A DNA stretch of 64,000 nucleotides, taken from positions 2,082-66,081 of IMG/VR virus record IMGVR_UViG_3300045988_047309; one strand, written 5' to 3'. The notes below the pieces were generated by a model. That model was not told where the DNA came from, searched no databases, and saw nothing but the letters and a program-made list of their open reading frames with translations. Source of the DNA: a virus. This document shows, in pieces, positions 13,701 to 19,785 of the stretch (positions are counted from its first letter, which is position 1; the number at the start of each line of letters is the position of its first letter). The position numbers were made by a program, and so were the translations under genes.

Positions 13701-16700
13701 TAGCAAACATTGAGGAAGATTCTGCCAAGAATGAAGATAATGTGGAAATGAATGACTACAGACTGGCTGGTATTCAAGCTGCCATCATGTATAAGCAGCA
13801 GATTGGCGGCAATGATGCCGATATTTCCGAGTTGAAGAGACAGATTGGTGAGTTGAAGAATAAGAAGGATGCTACCAAGGAAGACAAGGATTTGTTGAAG
13901 TCCTTGGAAAAGAAACTCTTTGAGAATAAGTTTGACCGCATCACCATGTACGAGAATCTTCTGAATAATATTCAGAGAATGGTGAAGGAGAGTAAGGGTA
14001 GGGCAAAGGAGTTCCGAGAGGAGATTACTGAGCACAAGAATGAAATCCTGCATCGTGCCAACTTGGATTTGGAAGGTGTGGATTCTGCCTATTATGATAC
14101 CACAACTGCCAAGAAGAAGTTTGTGAATAATCCTATTCTCCGTTTCGTCATGTCTTCAACATACACATTTGAGCAGTTCTTGAAGTTCTTTGGCAGACAT
14201 CATGCAAATGGTGAAGGCTATCTCTACAACTACTTTATGTCTGAATGGCAGGATGCAGCAGACGAACAGCAGTTGTATAATGAAATGAACCGCAATGCCC
14301 TTGATGAGAAGACCAAGGAGTTGTTCGGCAAGAAGAACTTCACAAAACTGGTAGGTATTGATGGCAAGGGTATGAAGGAAATGGACGTTGAGGTTACTGA
14401 CTACTCCAACAAGGAGACTGGTAAGCGAACCATCCATCTGAAACAAGGTCAGATGCTCTATATCTATCTGGTCAATAAGGAGACTGATGGAGAAATGAAA
14501 CTCCGTGCTATGGGTATCACAGAGGAAAAAGTGGCTGAAATCGAGGAAAATCTTGACCCAAGAGTGAAGGCTATTGGTGAGTGGTTGCAGGATGAATATC
14601 TTCCTGAATGTCAGAGAAGATACCAAGCTACCCATACCAAGTACTTCGGTGCTCCTATGAAGGAGGTGGAGAACTATTTCCCTCTTGCCATCAATAACCG
14701 GGCAAGAAATATCAGGGAAGATTTGAATCAAGATACTGATGCAATAAGTCGATTGGCTGGTACTTCTACTGGTGCTATTATTACACGAAGGGTGAACGTA
14801 ATTCCTCTTGATATAGAGAATGCCGATGCTTTTGCGGTTGCCTTCAACCATCTGGATGAAATGGAAGAGTGGTCTGCTTACTTGCCATTTATACAAGATG
14901 TCAACACCTTACTCTCTTCTACTCATTTCAGAAATCAGGTAATGAACATGTCTTCTGCTGCCTACGGAAGTGGTAAAACCTTATGGGAGGAGTTTAAGAA
15001 AGTGGCTCAGATTGCTGCTGGAACATACAAGCCAAAGGTTGACAATGGTATGATGGATAGCAAGATTGCTGCTGTTGTCGGTGGTATTGCTACCGCAAAG
15101 ATTTCAGGTCGTTTGTGGACTGCCTTTAAACAAACTCAGTCTGCAACCACGTTCCTTACTGAATGTGACCCAGCTAGATTCTTGTGGTATGGTGTTAACC
15201 CATACGGCTCATGGCATTGGGCTTATGATAACCTTCCATTGTTCCGTAAGCGTGTAGAGCAGTTGACTGCTGGTGATGTAAAGGTAAGACAATTCTTGGA
15301 TGAGTTAGAGAAATACCATGACTGGACAAAGACTATTGCAAAGGTTGGTATGTCTCCTAATATACTTGTTGACTCTGTAACTTGTGCGGTTGGTGCTCGT
15401 TCCGTTTATGAGACTGAATTGAATAAACTGACCAAGTTGGGCTATTCAAAAGATAAGGCAGAGGAGAAGGCTATACAAAAGGCATCGCTTTCATACAATA
15501 AGACTCAGCAATCGTCTGAGGGTGCTTTCTTATCTCCAATGCAGGTTGATAGAACATACGTATCTGCTGCTTTGTCGCTCTATAAAAATGCTAACTATGC
15601 TTATGGTAGAAAGAAGATTGAAGCAATTAGAGGTATAGCCAAGACGTATAGATTCTGGGGTGAACATAAAAATGCCATGATTGGTTCAATGACAAGACAG
15701 ATTATGGATGAGGATGGTCTTGATGAAAATGTTGCTAATGCTATCGCAAAAAGAGCATATACAAGAACATTTTGGTATAATATAGGTACGCTCCTGAATT
15801 ACATGACTATCGTTCCGATTTCTTGGGCTGCATACAAGGTGCTTCTATATCTCCTGAATGGTGATGATGATGACAAGAAAAAGAAGATGATTGAGGAAGC
15901 GTGCTTAAAAGGATTTGCTACCACAACATTTGATGATTATGTGATTCCGTTTGCTTCAAATGTCCTGAATGCAGGATTGAACATAGAAGATGGCAAGATA
16001 GGTTTTGATACTGATGTTTTCAAGTATCAGAATTTATATATCAACCCAGCTACATCTGACTTGTCGAATATCTATTCTATGATAGGTAATCAGAAATGGT
16101 GGTCTGCTGGCAACAAATTCGGTATGCTTGGCATTCAGATGCTCGTAGGATTCAATCCTGAGACCATAGGAGCACTCTATCAGGCTTACGATGAGTTTGA
16201 TAAGGATAGCGGTAATATGCCATTGGAGATTAAACTTGCCGTATTGAAGTCTATAAGTGCCCCTGAGGAGAGTATAAGAGGTCTCTATATGGATGAACTC
16301 GGTCTTGATAATGAGGATAGAACCAAGGTTCCATTGTCGGTACTGGAGCAGAGATATGCCGAGAGACAGATTAATCGTGACAACCTTCTGTCTCAGATTG
16401 CCATGCCGAAGGAAACTTTTGATGGCTATGTTGAAAAGTACAAAAAGTCTTTCGAGAAGAAGATTCAGGATAAGATGGATAAGATGGATGCTTACGACCA
16501 GAGGAAGTTTGATGCTATCTTTGATACTACTACAGACCCTGCATTGAAGGGTATGATGGAAAAGAAACGTACCAAGGATGCCAATGCTGCTGCTGACGAG
16601 CAGATAGCAAAGGAAGGTCTGAATCAAGAGAAGAAGGGTAAGGAGCCTAGCGAAGAAGCTTACGATGCAGTAAAGATGTCTATTGATGTGGCGGAAGATA

Positions 16701-16984
16701 ATGCTATCAGTACCTACAATAAGGTGCTCAACAAGCGATACGCTGCCCTGAATGATGAGTACAACAATCAGACAGATGCAATGAAGTACATCTTTATGAG
16801 TAAGCATCCAAACTTCAAGGCATACAAGGATTTGGAATCTGAATATACCACGTATGGCAAGAAGATGAAGGAGTTGAAGGAAAAACTGGTTTCTGCTGAC
16901 GGATATGATGCCAAGCAGACAATCCTGAAACAGATACGTGCCGAAAGAGAGAAGTTCAGTGAACTGCAATCCAAGGTAAGATAA
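1724..16984 (+). CDS. giant polyvalent virion/ejection protein (5,086 aa) with multiple enzymatic modules
   Basis: Single uninterrupted 15,261-nt ORF with an ATG start, followed by a strong hairpin terminator. Contains HEMTH, C5-MTase motifs I/IV/VI/VIII/X, a PPase-like module, an ART-like module, two BECR-like modules and Gly-rich hydrophobic segments. Confidence 0.9.
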   Translation: MPINSKVKRLYDALKADGGDVGTPEEFNSWFFKPGKEGYKNRKSVYDTFKADGADVGKNYEEFGKWLGLHAVYPTVNKYHQQMLNSVDPNKSRASELTHRAVSQAKRGMNNVRKPVRGAVVNKQGKKVSEFDITPAKTVEDLDREYAQETTKNWENELHDQMADADKDAAKISDMFKSFIGSMDEVGSVWGNMTRGGGIAGTPHSVTTNNGLMKNTEARQLLIAGDYNRKRRELLQLEQDSRNGAFFDNHSFFRGMYDAAKDTGFLTGGAFNLISGFTMLKTKQDLDNGVHTKAGDMLMQQAVKNSNAQSQYGDNQGWMYTGGVITTNMAPFIVQIASAGFSKGLSTSIGKVVQGAASKVALGTMKKAAGFASADLAKNIGKVTGLTTKAFGKAIQYGIVGAAQANTVGLGNVANDVINRYTGQVYQDEQGNYKFGTFDSDGKLVHEGGEDFLTAFVKGDAAQTIEFATELAGGGIDAVGTALKNFVTKGGKKIINKYNMENVSKVIDFLLNNKVSKNVRYLKAGADRTLGKVEVNSIVGESLEEELGIIANTVFTGDNKISDLWDEKQQSQIWGGMLLSIGLMKGVVAPFHAYNAKQYYSYKHKLNKADVNLSQLLGKEKWEELRNQIDATTNEDMPEMVNRINRDVALGKNRQPVREYIQNLLIMRGYDIGNMLAAKKAVEDKGEGVSVKNMEKNQAYQQGRDAYGYDTHEIQLDQEDKQKSLAQLLGISEQQLASMSDEELESFSGRDDNIDRAIYDYQLSSARYEGVVDNARDQIDLEVQRAAQAVDMYTDKSRNTIRNATIKASGGLEDYGVYIISGNIATHDDGSIDVSNSDDMILYYDPTTNTVEHADAMMFAELGSEENADEVRSQAMADAKEKAIKETTGIIDGVVEVGTQFKTVGADGTEHTYEVLADNGDGTAMITIDGNIPTELVKGENVNIPVSFEELQKMKDESDQQRLQAAKAQREQVEKERAEQQMQAQTTQAENPTQEDNIQSTPIEDNIDYSDIIREDGKVQMVDVSDKDGNNLFPDAKDVFYIQGNKMRTKFVYIDANGELKTQSFPTGLVKIKTRGEVSVDDYKKYRNTLLSAESSAIPESSMIEDNSGTIEANRGGIEVEDNTQPLSEADADNVIAQMESSAETAPDLELTPDNWTAEFGEDGILSTPIGDVKMGENQVAKLFEKGRSKEFGMIKPTLTNPDVIIEVPSHSADGNEERSSSYLFIKTFLGKNGKKVYYFKSVTIKKDGLEISISSNYDRAKRVKEALMKGKLLYRKNDGAQTEQNQPSTSVATSQEDAAGSSESKFTNISANDNENNESLTFEDGTPIPVDESGETDLSQTDAAHAAEWYDNNLGEDADDWLDGEIKKAKKVLEQAKNKKLAGTKPSELVASKKEKEAAIADAQAHYDSAISIRDSLKERRIAKEENTAEGRKSLIEKARRKFTRLKNSEEWSERTGDLWNETVGKLLHRLYDATGIDVFDDTPNTVYEYVAENVGPYSLNYEGNDNSKGVQQETGLSRSDFAKLGWLAAEGKGMTIDAKVHRLWENRPSNLESADTQEIRNALISLITSGQTAFQARDYILNQRIELAESALEEQLRQEEDAAEAQKAKEEEEKKKAELEKKAEEEKTNENRNTPELSHEQQKAMEEGEKLGFPAVDKEGEPINQNVIELANWAKEQGLEIDPTSKSNSYADLYVMCKEGFGVSTLVPDVGEDINQVFYFPDNVQGEQLAKLQEEFNVGRDLKHSADMNSELTEGVMFYDGDTAREFRDFVNEKVNEESKTIEVPEDATDDAPLGEQLDESDLPFSAKDNGQQQTTSERAADVEKNKVDDMKVVDNIVGQKTRKAFDRLAKMMGANIQWQYSDKLGNGWIQETTDADGNVHRTIFITLDSSITEGAQFIFGHEMTHQIKNLNPAAYDELTQLVLDTYGSDAFDKAVDETMQRYSDAGFSGRDRDYYAEEVVADAVGEMIRDLNLAHTLAMKMSHPLLAAIHEILQKIKLAFYGTEYSDATKNIIRSIEQAYVKTAKGLVENSDTGEDVSFSLRQKPEPKKKGVGYKVFVLKDGKLYPPMVANPDGAATPVGVWLDADAAPIAGESKTGRPQVKQGGKGTQGGSGKLAYRPGWHLGVVPYAIQFNRKDAEGNKTLFPKNFVFAEVEYAADVDYQDEARQEGINPSGKYQHSLAGLKHLPTDGYYMYRTNPNPETDPWVITGAMKVNRILTRAEQADLVIKAGREPQQIQEGDIVTDDVVNSINQEIADAPKFSLKVYHGSGADFTEFDFDHMGEGAGSQVFGWGGYVTSSKKIGKSYANLVDANAPYQDVEYVGNNAHEYTDIVAGLFNGGQRDYDDVKEFLQNGYNSDKDNARKKQMLEWFESTKPSDWKSVNDGKRNLYEVDIPDDNGSNYLDWENPLNEEQINAIRDALAKNGVDVSSWENRGFKLDLPFKDVYAAVLPMMMRCEPKEVSKFLSSLGFTGIKYPAGTIQGGAEEGDTNYVIFKPEDMKITQHTKFSLRLKAAIEETETNPSDAQKESGNYKKGHIKFGGYDYTIENPKGSTRSGKDADGKEWKITMHDTYGYIRGKFGKDGDHLDMFINDKADLDNWNGDVFVVDQVNPDGSFDEHKVMYGYDSMDDAEKAYLANYSDGWQGLGNITGASKDEFDKWLDTSNRKLKPFADYAKVKFSHAQSVSKPRYSLKDIKPIGVGAFGNIYNQFRGKSKAAIEFLKKLGSGEATAALHHHTIGDISLVWGDKKAGLDKILRKHPEVVDNLQSIIDSMEVVQESDNRVKLESPTHFAVVSKEYKGEPREQWLLTAYEKRESLENDKSMDTATSSLGGDTALSQSKGSAAKIDNSSETAKENGEKFSLKDEKTLAGVHNITEEKLRKAIKQGGLANPSVAVIDSSKQNHEDYGDISLILPSEKVAKRTGKNAGTWQGDAWTPTYPQVERQMSNNGAAKASKDVSSVPGDMYNEVRRGLDRWLDGGEGNSAMAYIFLHEKGVAPEPKKIQHKFSDDVYNELKSITAGDFNIYGIGKADAQKVLGMYIDAKFDGDKDLYEEKTKAWLERNKSIVDAGNKGGMRYTIAKENVELYDEYGFNYKSVQTFVRDVEYDHRKTGVDMNATLNDVEDYIKTNNLTDEFNTWLEGKEKEYGIKEVIFDGFTPSGNRRYVPNTLENVSKIMKKQGRNGATGISVSFQNFAASLMPSYGTLKDIRSKKGLLTSDHEDLDKFNEKWSKVFFELGMKCQPDATGTFDDYGLARLSEAAKTSDPQAYLKKEYNVDFSDGDTKRLKEMVKAIKEESPAMYFETKFERPVGFNEFSSAVVPTTASDEVKQALQNAGVQIYEYDKEKEGDRSRAFNEAINGSDNIRFSLKSMMEKPEGWKQANKKAIHIAEAIERDPKFSLKNLDGTLIKAGTYFSGGGLVEEGLKGIIDPVVAVEYDEKISGVYRNNFGQHIVTADVRDVDPKELVKQIDGEVEYFHASPVCKNYSQAKSNHAEVELDKETAASTAEFINAIKPKVVTIENVKGYKDSEAMKIITDALDANGYTWDADVYNAADYGGYTNRERLIVRAVRDGKLPEKPKKMAHKSGWYEAVADIIPTLTEKKNGVAPWMDIRLKADGIDWRNIDKPLYVMGSAYADGKIPHAFADELLPTLRTKSGDVIVMPDGKVYRAMGRVLARVSGVSDDYKMPFSENLSHTIIGNGIPTQLTEHVIAPLLQNTLRPTTPDDGNTKFSLRGSTPYDKQMEEWMEKNHLEKGAVPMEKPVMKEGENIFDYANRMVEWTRNQNLWKTAPKQTGFQDALDKWKADNGLSPDAYPPVRPHRENYSTEIGYTEDLEEYNKKKELWKSAPKPKDFDLSVDLEDMNKQLRNIRRAVLNQKNYDQRTVKAVSDLVRKMLNIGWGDGLSRGKVGNLLSAAKNATGANDVKKYLDKAMGILAENYLNRLSTAYDNLINTRGARADQSGVIKMGSLDAKGQAFMSEYKKAINMDDSSLNTYIANIEEDSAKNEDNVEMNDYRLAGIQAAIMYKQQIGGNDADISELKRQIGELKNKKDATKEDKDLLKSLEKKLFENKFDRITMYENLLNNIQRMVKESKGRAKEFREEITEHKNEILHRANLDLEGVDSAYYDTTTAKKKFVNNPILRFVMSSTYTFEQFLKFFGRHHANGEGYLYNYFMSEWQDAADEQQLYNEMNRNALDEKTKELFGKKNFTKLVGIDGKGMKEMDVEVTDYSNKETGKRTIHLKQGQMLYIYLVNKETDGEMKLRAMGITEEKVAEIEENLDPRVKAIGEWLQDEYLPECQRRYQATHTKYFGAPMKEVENYFPLAINNRARNIREDLNQDTDAISRLAGTSTGAIITRRVNVIPLDIENADAFAVAFNHLDEMEEWSAYLPFIQDVNTLLSSTHFRNQVMNMSSAAYGSGKTLWEEFKKVAQIAAGTYKPKVDNGMMDSKIAAVVGGIATAKISGRLWTAFKQTQSATTFLTECDPARFLWYGVNPYGSWHWAYDNLPLFRKRVEQLTAGDVKVRQFLDELEKYHDWTKTIAKVGMSPNILVDSVTCAVGARSVYETELNKLTKLGYSKDKAEEKAIQKASLSYNKTQQSSEGAFLSPMQVDRTYVSAALSLYKNANYAYGRKKIEAIRGIAKTYRFWGEHKNAMIGSMTRQIMDEDGLDENVANAIAKRAYTRTFWYNIGTLLNYMTIVPISWAAYKVLLYLLNGDDDDKKKKMIEEACLKGFATTTFDDYVIPFASNVLNAGLNIEDGKIGFDTDVFKYQNLYINPATSDLSNIYSMIGNQKWWSAGNKFGMLGIQMLVGFNPETIGALYQAYDEFDKDSGNMPLEIKLAVLKSISAPEESIRGLYMDELGLDNEDRTKVPLSVLEQRYAERQINRDNLLSQIAMPKETFDGYVEKYKKSFEKKIQDKMDKMDAYDQRKFDAIFDTTTDPALKGMMEKKRTKDANAAADEQIAKEGLNQEKKGKEPSEEAYDAVKMSIDVAEDNAISTYNKVLNKRYAALNDEYNNQTDAMKYIFMSKHPNFKAYKDLESEYTTYGKKMKELKEKLVSADGYDAKQTILKQIRAEREKFSELQSKVR
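5171..5560 (+). other. BECR-fold (barnase/EndoU/colicin E5-D/RelE-like) RNase-type module of polyvalent proteins, copy 1
   Basis: aa ~1150-1280: ELTPDNWTAEFGEDGILSTPIGDVKMGENQVAKLFEKGRSKEFGMIKPTL...YLFIKTF...YFKSVTIKKDGLEISISS. The pattern is recalled from PBECR-type modules (Iyer et al. 2017). Not HMM-verified. Confidence 0.4.
7250..7800 (+). other. zincin-like metallopeptidase module (HExxH)
   Basis: FIFGHEMTHQIKN with HEMTH at nt 7433-7447 (aa 1904-1908). The context resembles the metallopeptidase module of polyvalent proteins. Confidence 0.6.
7859..8506 (+). other. conserved polyvalent-protein module of unknown function (YRPGWHLG type)
   Basis: aa 2046-2261, bounded by SFSLR and KFSLK. 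Contains GYKVFVLKDGKLYPPMVANP...KLAYRPGWHLG...YYMYRTNPNPETDPWVITGAMKV. Confidence 0.35.
8522..9244 (+). other. ADP-ribosyltransferase-like module (polyvalent-protein ART type)
   Basis: aa 2267-2507: VYHGSGADFTEFDFDHMGEGAGSQVFGWGGYVTSS ... TNYVIFKPEDMKI. This fits an H-Y-E-like triad arrangement. Assigned from motif memory only. Confidence 0.5.
9260..9790 (+). other. inorganic-pyrophosphatase-fold module
   Basis: aa 2513-2689: TIENPKGSTRSGKDADGKEWKITMHDTYGYIRGKFGKDGDHLDMFI...VFVVDQ...FDEHKVMYG. It parallels the family I PPase pattern (E.PKGS...YP.NYGFIP.T...DGDPLD...D.K). Confidence 0.6.
9806..10300 (+). other. BECR-fold RNase-type module, copy 2
   Basis: aa 2695-2859: GDISLVWGDKKAGLDKILRKHPEVVDNLQSIIDSMEVVQESDNRVKLESPTHFAVVSKEY...WLLTAYEKR. 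Typical of the putative barnase/colicin E5-like module of polyvalent proteins. Confidence 0.5.
11924..12904 (+). other. C5-cytosine DNA methyltransferase module
   Basis: aa 3401-3727: FSGGG (motif I), FHASPVCKNYS (IV, PC), TIENVKGY (VI, ENV), TNRERLIVRAV (VIII), LPTLRT (TRD), IGNGIP (X). Bounded by KFSLK and KFSLR. Confidence 0.8.
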
Positions 16985-16993
16985 AACAAAAAA

Positions 16994-17027
16994 GGGGAGT
17001 AAGCGCAATGCCTACTCCCTTTTTTTC
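16994..17027. terminator. bidirectional rho-independent terminator
   Basis: GGGAGTA / TACTCCC stem with an 11-nt loop. Followed by T8 on + and preceded by A-rich sequence, which gives a T-run on -. Sits between convergent genes. Confidence 0.8.
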
Positions 17028-17369
17028 TTACTTGTCTTCATCTTCTCCCCAACCTTCTGGGAAGGTAACTTCAACATTTGGTTTTAGAACCTCGAAGGCT
17101 CTTCTTAACTCCAGCATTACCTCGATGGCTCTCCGAACCGTAGGGTAGTCTGTCCAACTTTGCAGGGGAGTAACGGCTAACTATATGGCTGCATCGTTAA
17201 TCTCGTTGCACACTTCGTCAACGTCTCCAAATGTTGACTCTACCATCTTCCAAAGAAGATTTAAATCCTTTTTCTGTTCCATATTGTGGTAGAAACTATA
17301 AAGGGACAGACTTACCTTTTGTTCAACGCACTCTACCACAACATGCGCCCATGCACCATTACAGTACAC
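17028..17369 (-). pseudogene. small helical protein gene interrupted by one in-frame TAG (17181-17183)
   Basis: A 62-codon ORF (likely Met at 17282, MEQKKDL...) is followed in the same frame by 50 more open codons, ending at TAA 17028-17030 against the bidirectional terminator. Confidence 0.35.
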
Positions 17370-17534
17370 GGAAAGGAGTCTGCCCCTAATATCCTATGCC
17401 TAGACAGCAGTTTGAACGTCTGCCATCATCAGCGATTCCATACAAATTACATTTTACTTTGTGGTAGAAAATGCTTTTTATTTTGAACGAAGCAAAAGTA
17501 CTCATAAAATCTCAAAGTGCCAAACATCGTAATA

Positions 17535-17556
17535 AGTTTAACACTAGTTTAACACT
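17535..17556. repeat. perfect tandem 11-mer AGTTTAACACT x2
   Basis: Read directly from the sequence. AGTTTAACAC recurs once more at 62500-62509. Confidence 0.9.
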
Positions 17557-17753
17557 CGTGGCTAACCAGAAGGCGAAGACTGAGAAGTAATACATATATG
17601 CTATCCCTGAAGGTTCTTGGCTTTCGGGGGATATTTGCTTTCATTCTGAAAATTTTCGTTTCTTTAATTTGGATAAAACTTTCAATCTGTTAGTATTTGC
17701 AAAGTTTAATATTTAAAGTTTTATATAAATCAATATATTCCATTCCTTTTTAT

Positions 17754-17761
17754 TAGATTTG
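17754..17761 (+). promoter_or_regulatory. Bacteroidota -7 promoter box (TAGATTTG)
   Basis: Matches TAnnTTTG, about 75 nt upstream of the ATG at 17835, in AT-rich intergenic DNA. Confidence 0.45.
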
Positions 17762-17834
17762 CCAAATCTAAGAACGTTCATAAATTCTATAATTTAATAA
17801 TTCTCAATCAAAAATAAACTAAAAATGAAGGCTT

Positions 17835-18311
17835 ATGAAACAAGATGATGATGACCAACGGGTCAGAAAATTGATAGGAGAGATAACTAAACTTCTCCCT
17901 GAACGCAGTAAAATAAAAACAGATTTACTTTACTTTAAGTATGCACCAATCTTGGTCATGCTTATCAGATGGTATGGTATATCTCAATTCTATGACAACA
18001 ATATGGAGATTACACTATGGTACGAAGAGAACGAAGAACCCGTCTGGTTCTTCTATTTCATCACTTATATCCTTTACCCTATTTCCCTTTGGAAAGGGCA
18101 GGTGTTACACAGATTGTGTGTAGAATGGCGAATACCTATCTTGTATATTGCAGGAGTCAATGTGATACACATCATGTTCGGTTCTATTGTTGTCACAAAC
18201 GATATGTATTATTGTGATATGTTCCTGATTACACTCATTCTAATTCTATATGCTTATGTCGCAATTAGTAAATTACAGAATCATAGAGGCAGGACTTCGT
18301 GTTCTTGCTGA
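17835..18311 (+). CDS. multi-pass membrane protein, unknown function (accessory/moron)
   Basis: 158 aa with 3-4 hydrophobic helices. AT-rich island with its own promoter box. Confidence 0.55.
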   Translation: MKQDDDDQRVRKLIGEITKLLPERSKIKTDLLYFKYAPILVMLIRWYGISQFYDNNMEITLWYEENEEPVWFFYFITYILYPISLWKGQVLHRLCVEWRIPILYIAGVNVIHIMFGSIVVTNDMYYCDMFLITLILILYAYVAISKLQNHRGRTSCSC

Positions 18312-18627
18312 TAAAGCGCATGAATCAGCAGTAGCGCAAGAAGAAGGCAAACCAATACCTTGTGGTCTGTCAGAAGGGGACTTGGAACTGGTAGCACTCC
18401 TTACTGCCATGATGAATGATACGCAAGCCAATAAGGGTTGGTGTGCCCACGAAATGGGTAAGTCTATCTCGTCATTCGAGAAGTATGTTCACGATGGCAA
18501 GATACCAGAAGGCATCCATGACCAGTTCGGGCATGAGAAAAAATGGAATAAATCCCTTATCCGATTCTTTGCTAATAAGAAGGCTTTCTTCCGTAAGCAA
18601 GCAAAGAAGTATGGCATAAATATTTAG
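18250..18627 (+). CDS. putative excisionase/MerR-like HTH DNA-binding protein (start uncertain: 18250 or 18409)
   Basis: C-terminal part ...AHEMGKSISSFEKYVHDGKIPEG... resembles HTH_17/excisionase-type helices. The 5' end overlaps the upstream ORF by 62 nt if 18250 is used. Confidence 0.4.
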   Translation: MLMSQLVNYRIIEAGLRVLADKAHESAVAQEEGKPIPCGLSEGDLELVALLTAMMNDTQANKGWCAHEMGKSISSFEKYVHDGKIPEGIHDQFGHEKKWNKSLIRFFANKKAFFRKQAKKYGINI

Positions 18628-18766
18628 GAATAGCTAAACTGATATATAGGAGAAACTAAATAGCCTCTCCTAAACTCTTATGACCTTTTCCGTAATCACA
18701 AATCGCTGCTATTCAAATACTTAAACAACCTTTTACGAGTTTATCTATCTCTATCCATATTATTCG

Positions 18767-18774
18767 TATCTTTG
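18767..18774 (+). promoter_or_regulatory. Bacteroidota -7 promoter box (TATCTTTG)
   Basis: TAnnTTTG, 59 nt upstream of the ATG at 18833. Confidence 0.5.
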
Positions 18775-18832
18775 TGCTCGTAACGTTACGTAGTATTAAT
18801 CAATTAATGTTTAACAAAAGATTCAGGATAAT

Positions 18833-19768
18833 ATGGAAAGTAAAACGTATGTATTCGGAAATGAAGGCTCCACATCTAACAATGGGATGCTCGGTCTTCT
18901 TGCACCTCTGCTCCAGAAGCAGGGTATTGATCCAAATGTCCTCCTTGCCATGAAGGGAAACAATGGTTTCGGTGGCGAAGGTGGATGGTTCATGTGGGTA
19001 ATCTTCCTTTTCTTCCTCATGGGCTGGGGAGGCGGCTGGGGAGGTTTCGGCAATAACGGTCGTGGTGGTCTCGCCAACGAGATTAACAATGACTATGGTC
19101 GTGGTCTCCTGATGGATGCCATCGGTGGCAACCGCAATGCACTCAGCAATTTGGCTACCCAGTTGAACTGCACCGAAGGTCAGATTCAGAGTGCTATTTC
19201 TGCCCTGACCTCTCAGGTTCAGAATGTAGGTAATCAGGTAGGTATGAGCGGTATGCAGACTATCAATGCCTTGCAGCAGGGTAATATGCAGATTGCTCAG
19301 CAGATTGCAAACTGCTGCTGCGAGAACCGCTTGGCTATCTGTCAGCAGACTGGAACCTTGCAGAATGCCATCAACAGCGTGGCAGTAGGTCAGGAGCGTA
19401 CAGCTTCCTCTCTCGCTTATGCTACTCAGCAGCAGACTTGTGACTTGCACAACGCTATCAAGGAAAGCACTCAGACTATCGTTGATGGTCAGAAGCAAGC
19501 CGAGATGCGTGAGATGCAGAACAAGATTGACTCTCTGCGTGAGGAGAACAGCACCTTCAAGTCTTCTGCAATGACCTCTCAGATTGTAGGTCAGGCGGTG
19601 GCTCCTATCAATGCGGTATTGGCTGGTTTGCAGAACGAGGTGGCTGGTATCAAGTGTAAGTTGCCTGAGACCGTGACTACTCCTTACAGTCCATTTACTG
19701 CGGTTCCTAACTGCGTGGCTTATCAGTATGGTTTGAACGCTGCTAACAATGCAGGGTTCTGGGGTTAA
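18833..19768 (+). CDS. membrane-anchored Gly-zipper / Q,N-rich coiled protein, unknown function
   Basis: 311 aa. Contains GGEGGWFMWVIFLFFLMGWGGGWGGFGNNGRGG (TM segment plus Gly-rich stretch), then a Q/N/A-rich helical region with a CCC cluster. Confidence 0.65.
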   Translation: MESKTYVFGNEGSTSNNGMLGLLAPLLQKQGIDPNVLLAMKGNNGFGGEGGWFMWVIFLFFLMGWGGGWGGFGNNGRGGLANEINNDYGRGLLMDAIGGNRNALSNLATQLNCTEGQIQSAISALTSQVQNVGNQVGMSGMQTINALQQGNMQIAQQIANCCCENRLAICQQTGTLQNAINSVAVGQERTASSLAYATQQQTCDLHNAIKESTQTIVDGQKQAEMREMQNKIDSLREENSTFKSSAMTSQIVGQAVAPINAVLAGLQNEVAGIKCKLPETVTTPYSPFTAVPNCVAYQYGLNAANNAGFWG

Positions 19769-19785
19769 TTGGAAAGGAGGCTGCT

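Noticed and set aside
918-17008. Long minus-strand ORFs inside the cargo genes (e.g. 918..1652, 11828..12643, 13190..14053, 14156..14896, 16034..17008)
   Set aside because: They are shadow ORFs antisense to clearly coding + strand genes. Their composition is Leu/Ser/Ile-rich and they carry no motifs. They would overlap a 5,086-codon ORF that has recognisable domains.
18800-19498. 232-aa minus-strand ORF
   Set aside because: It is antisense to the 18833..19768 gene, which has the promoter box and operon context.
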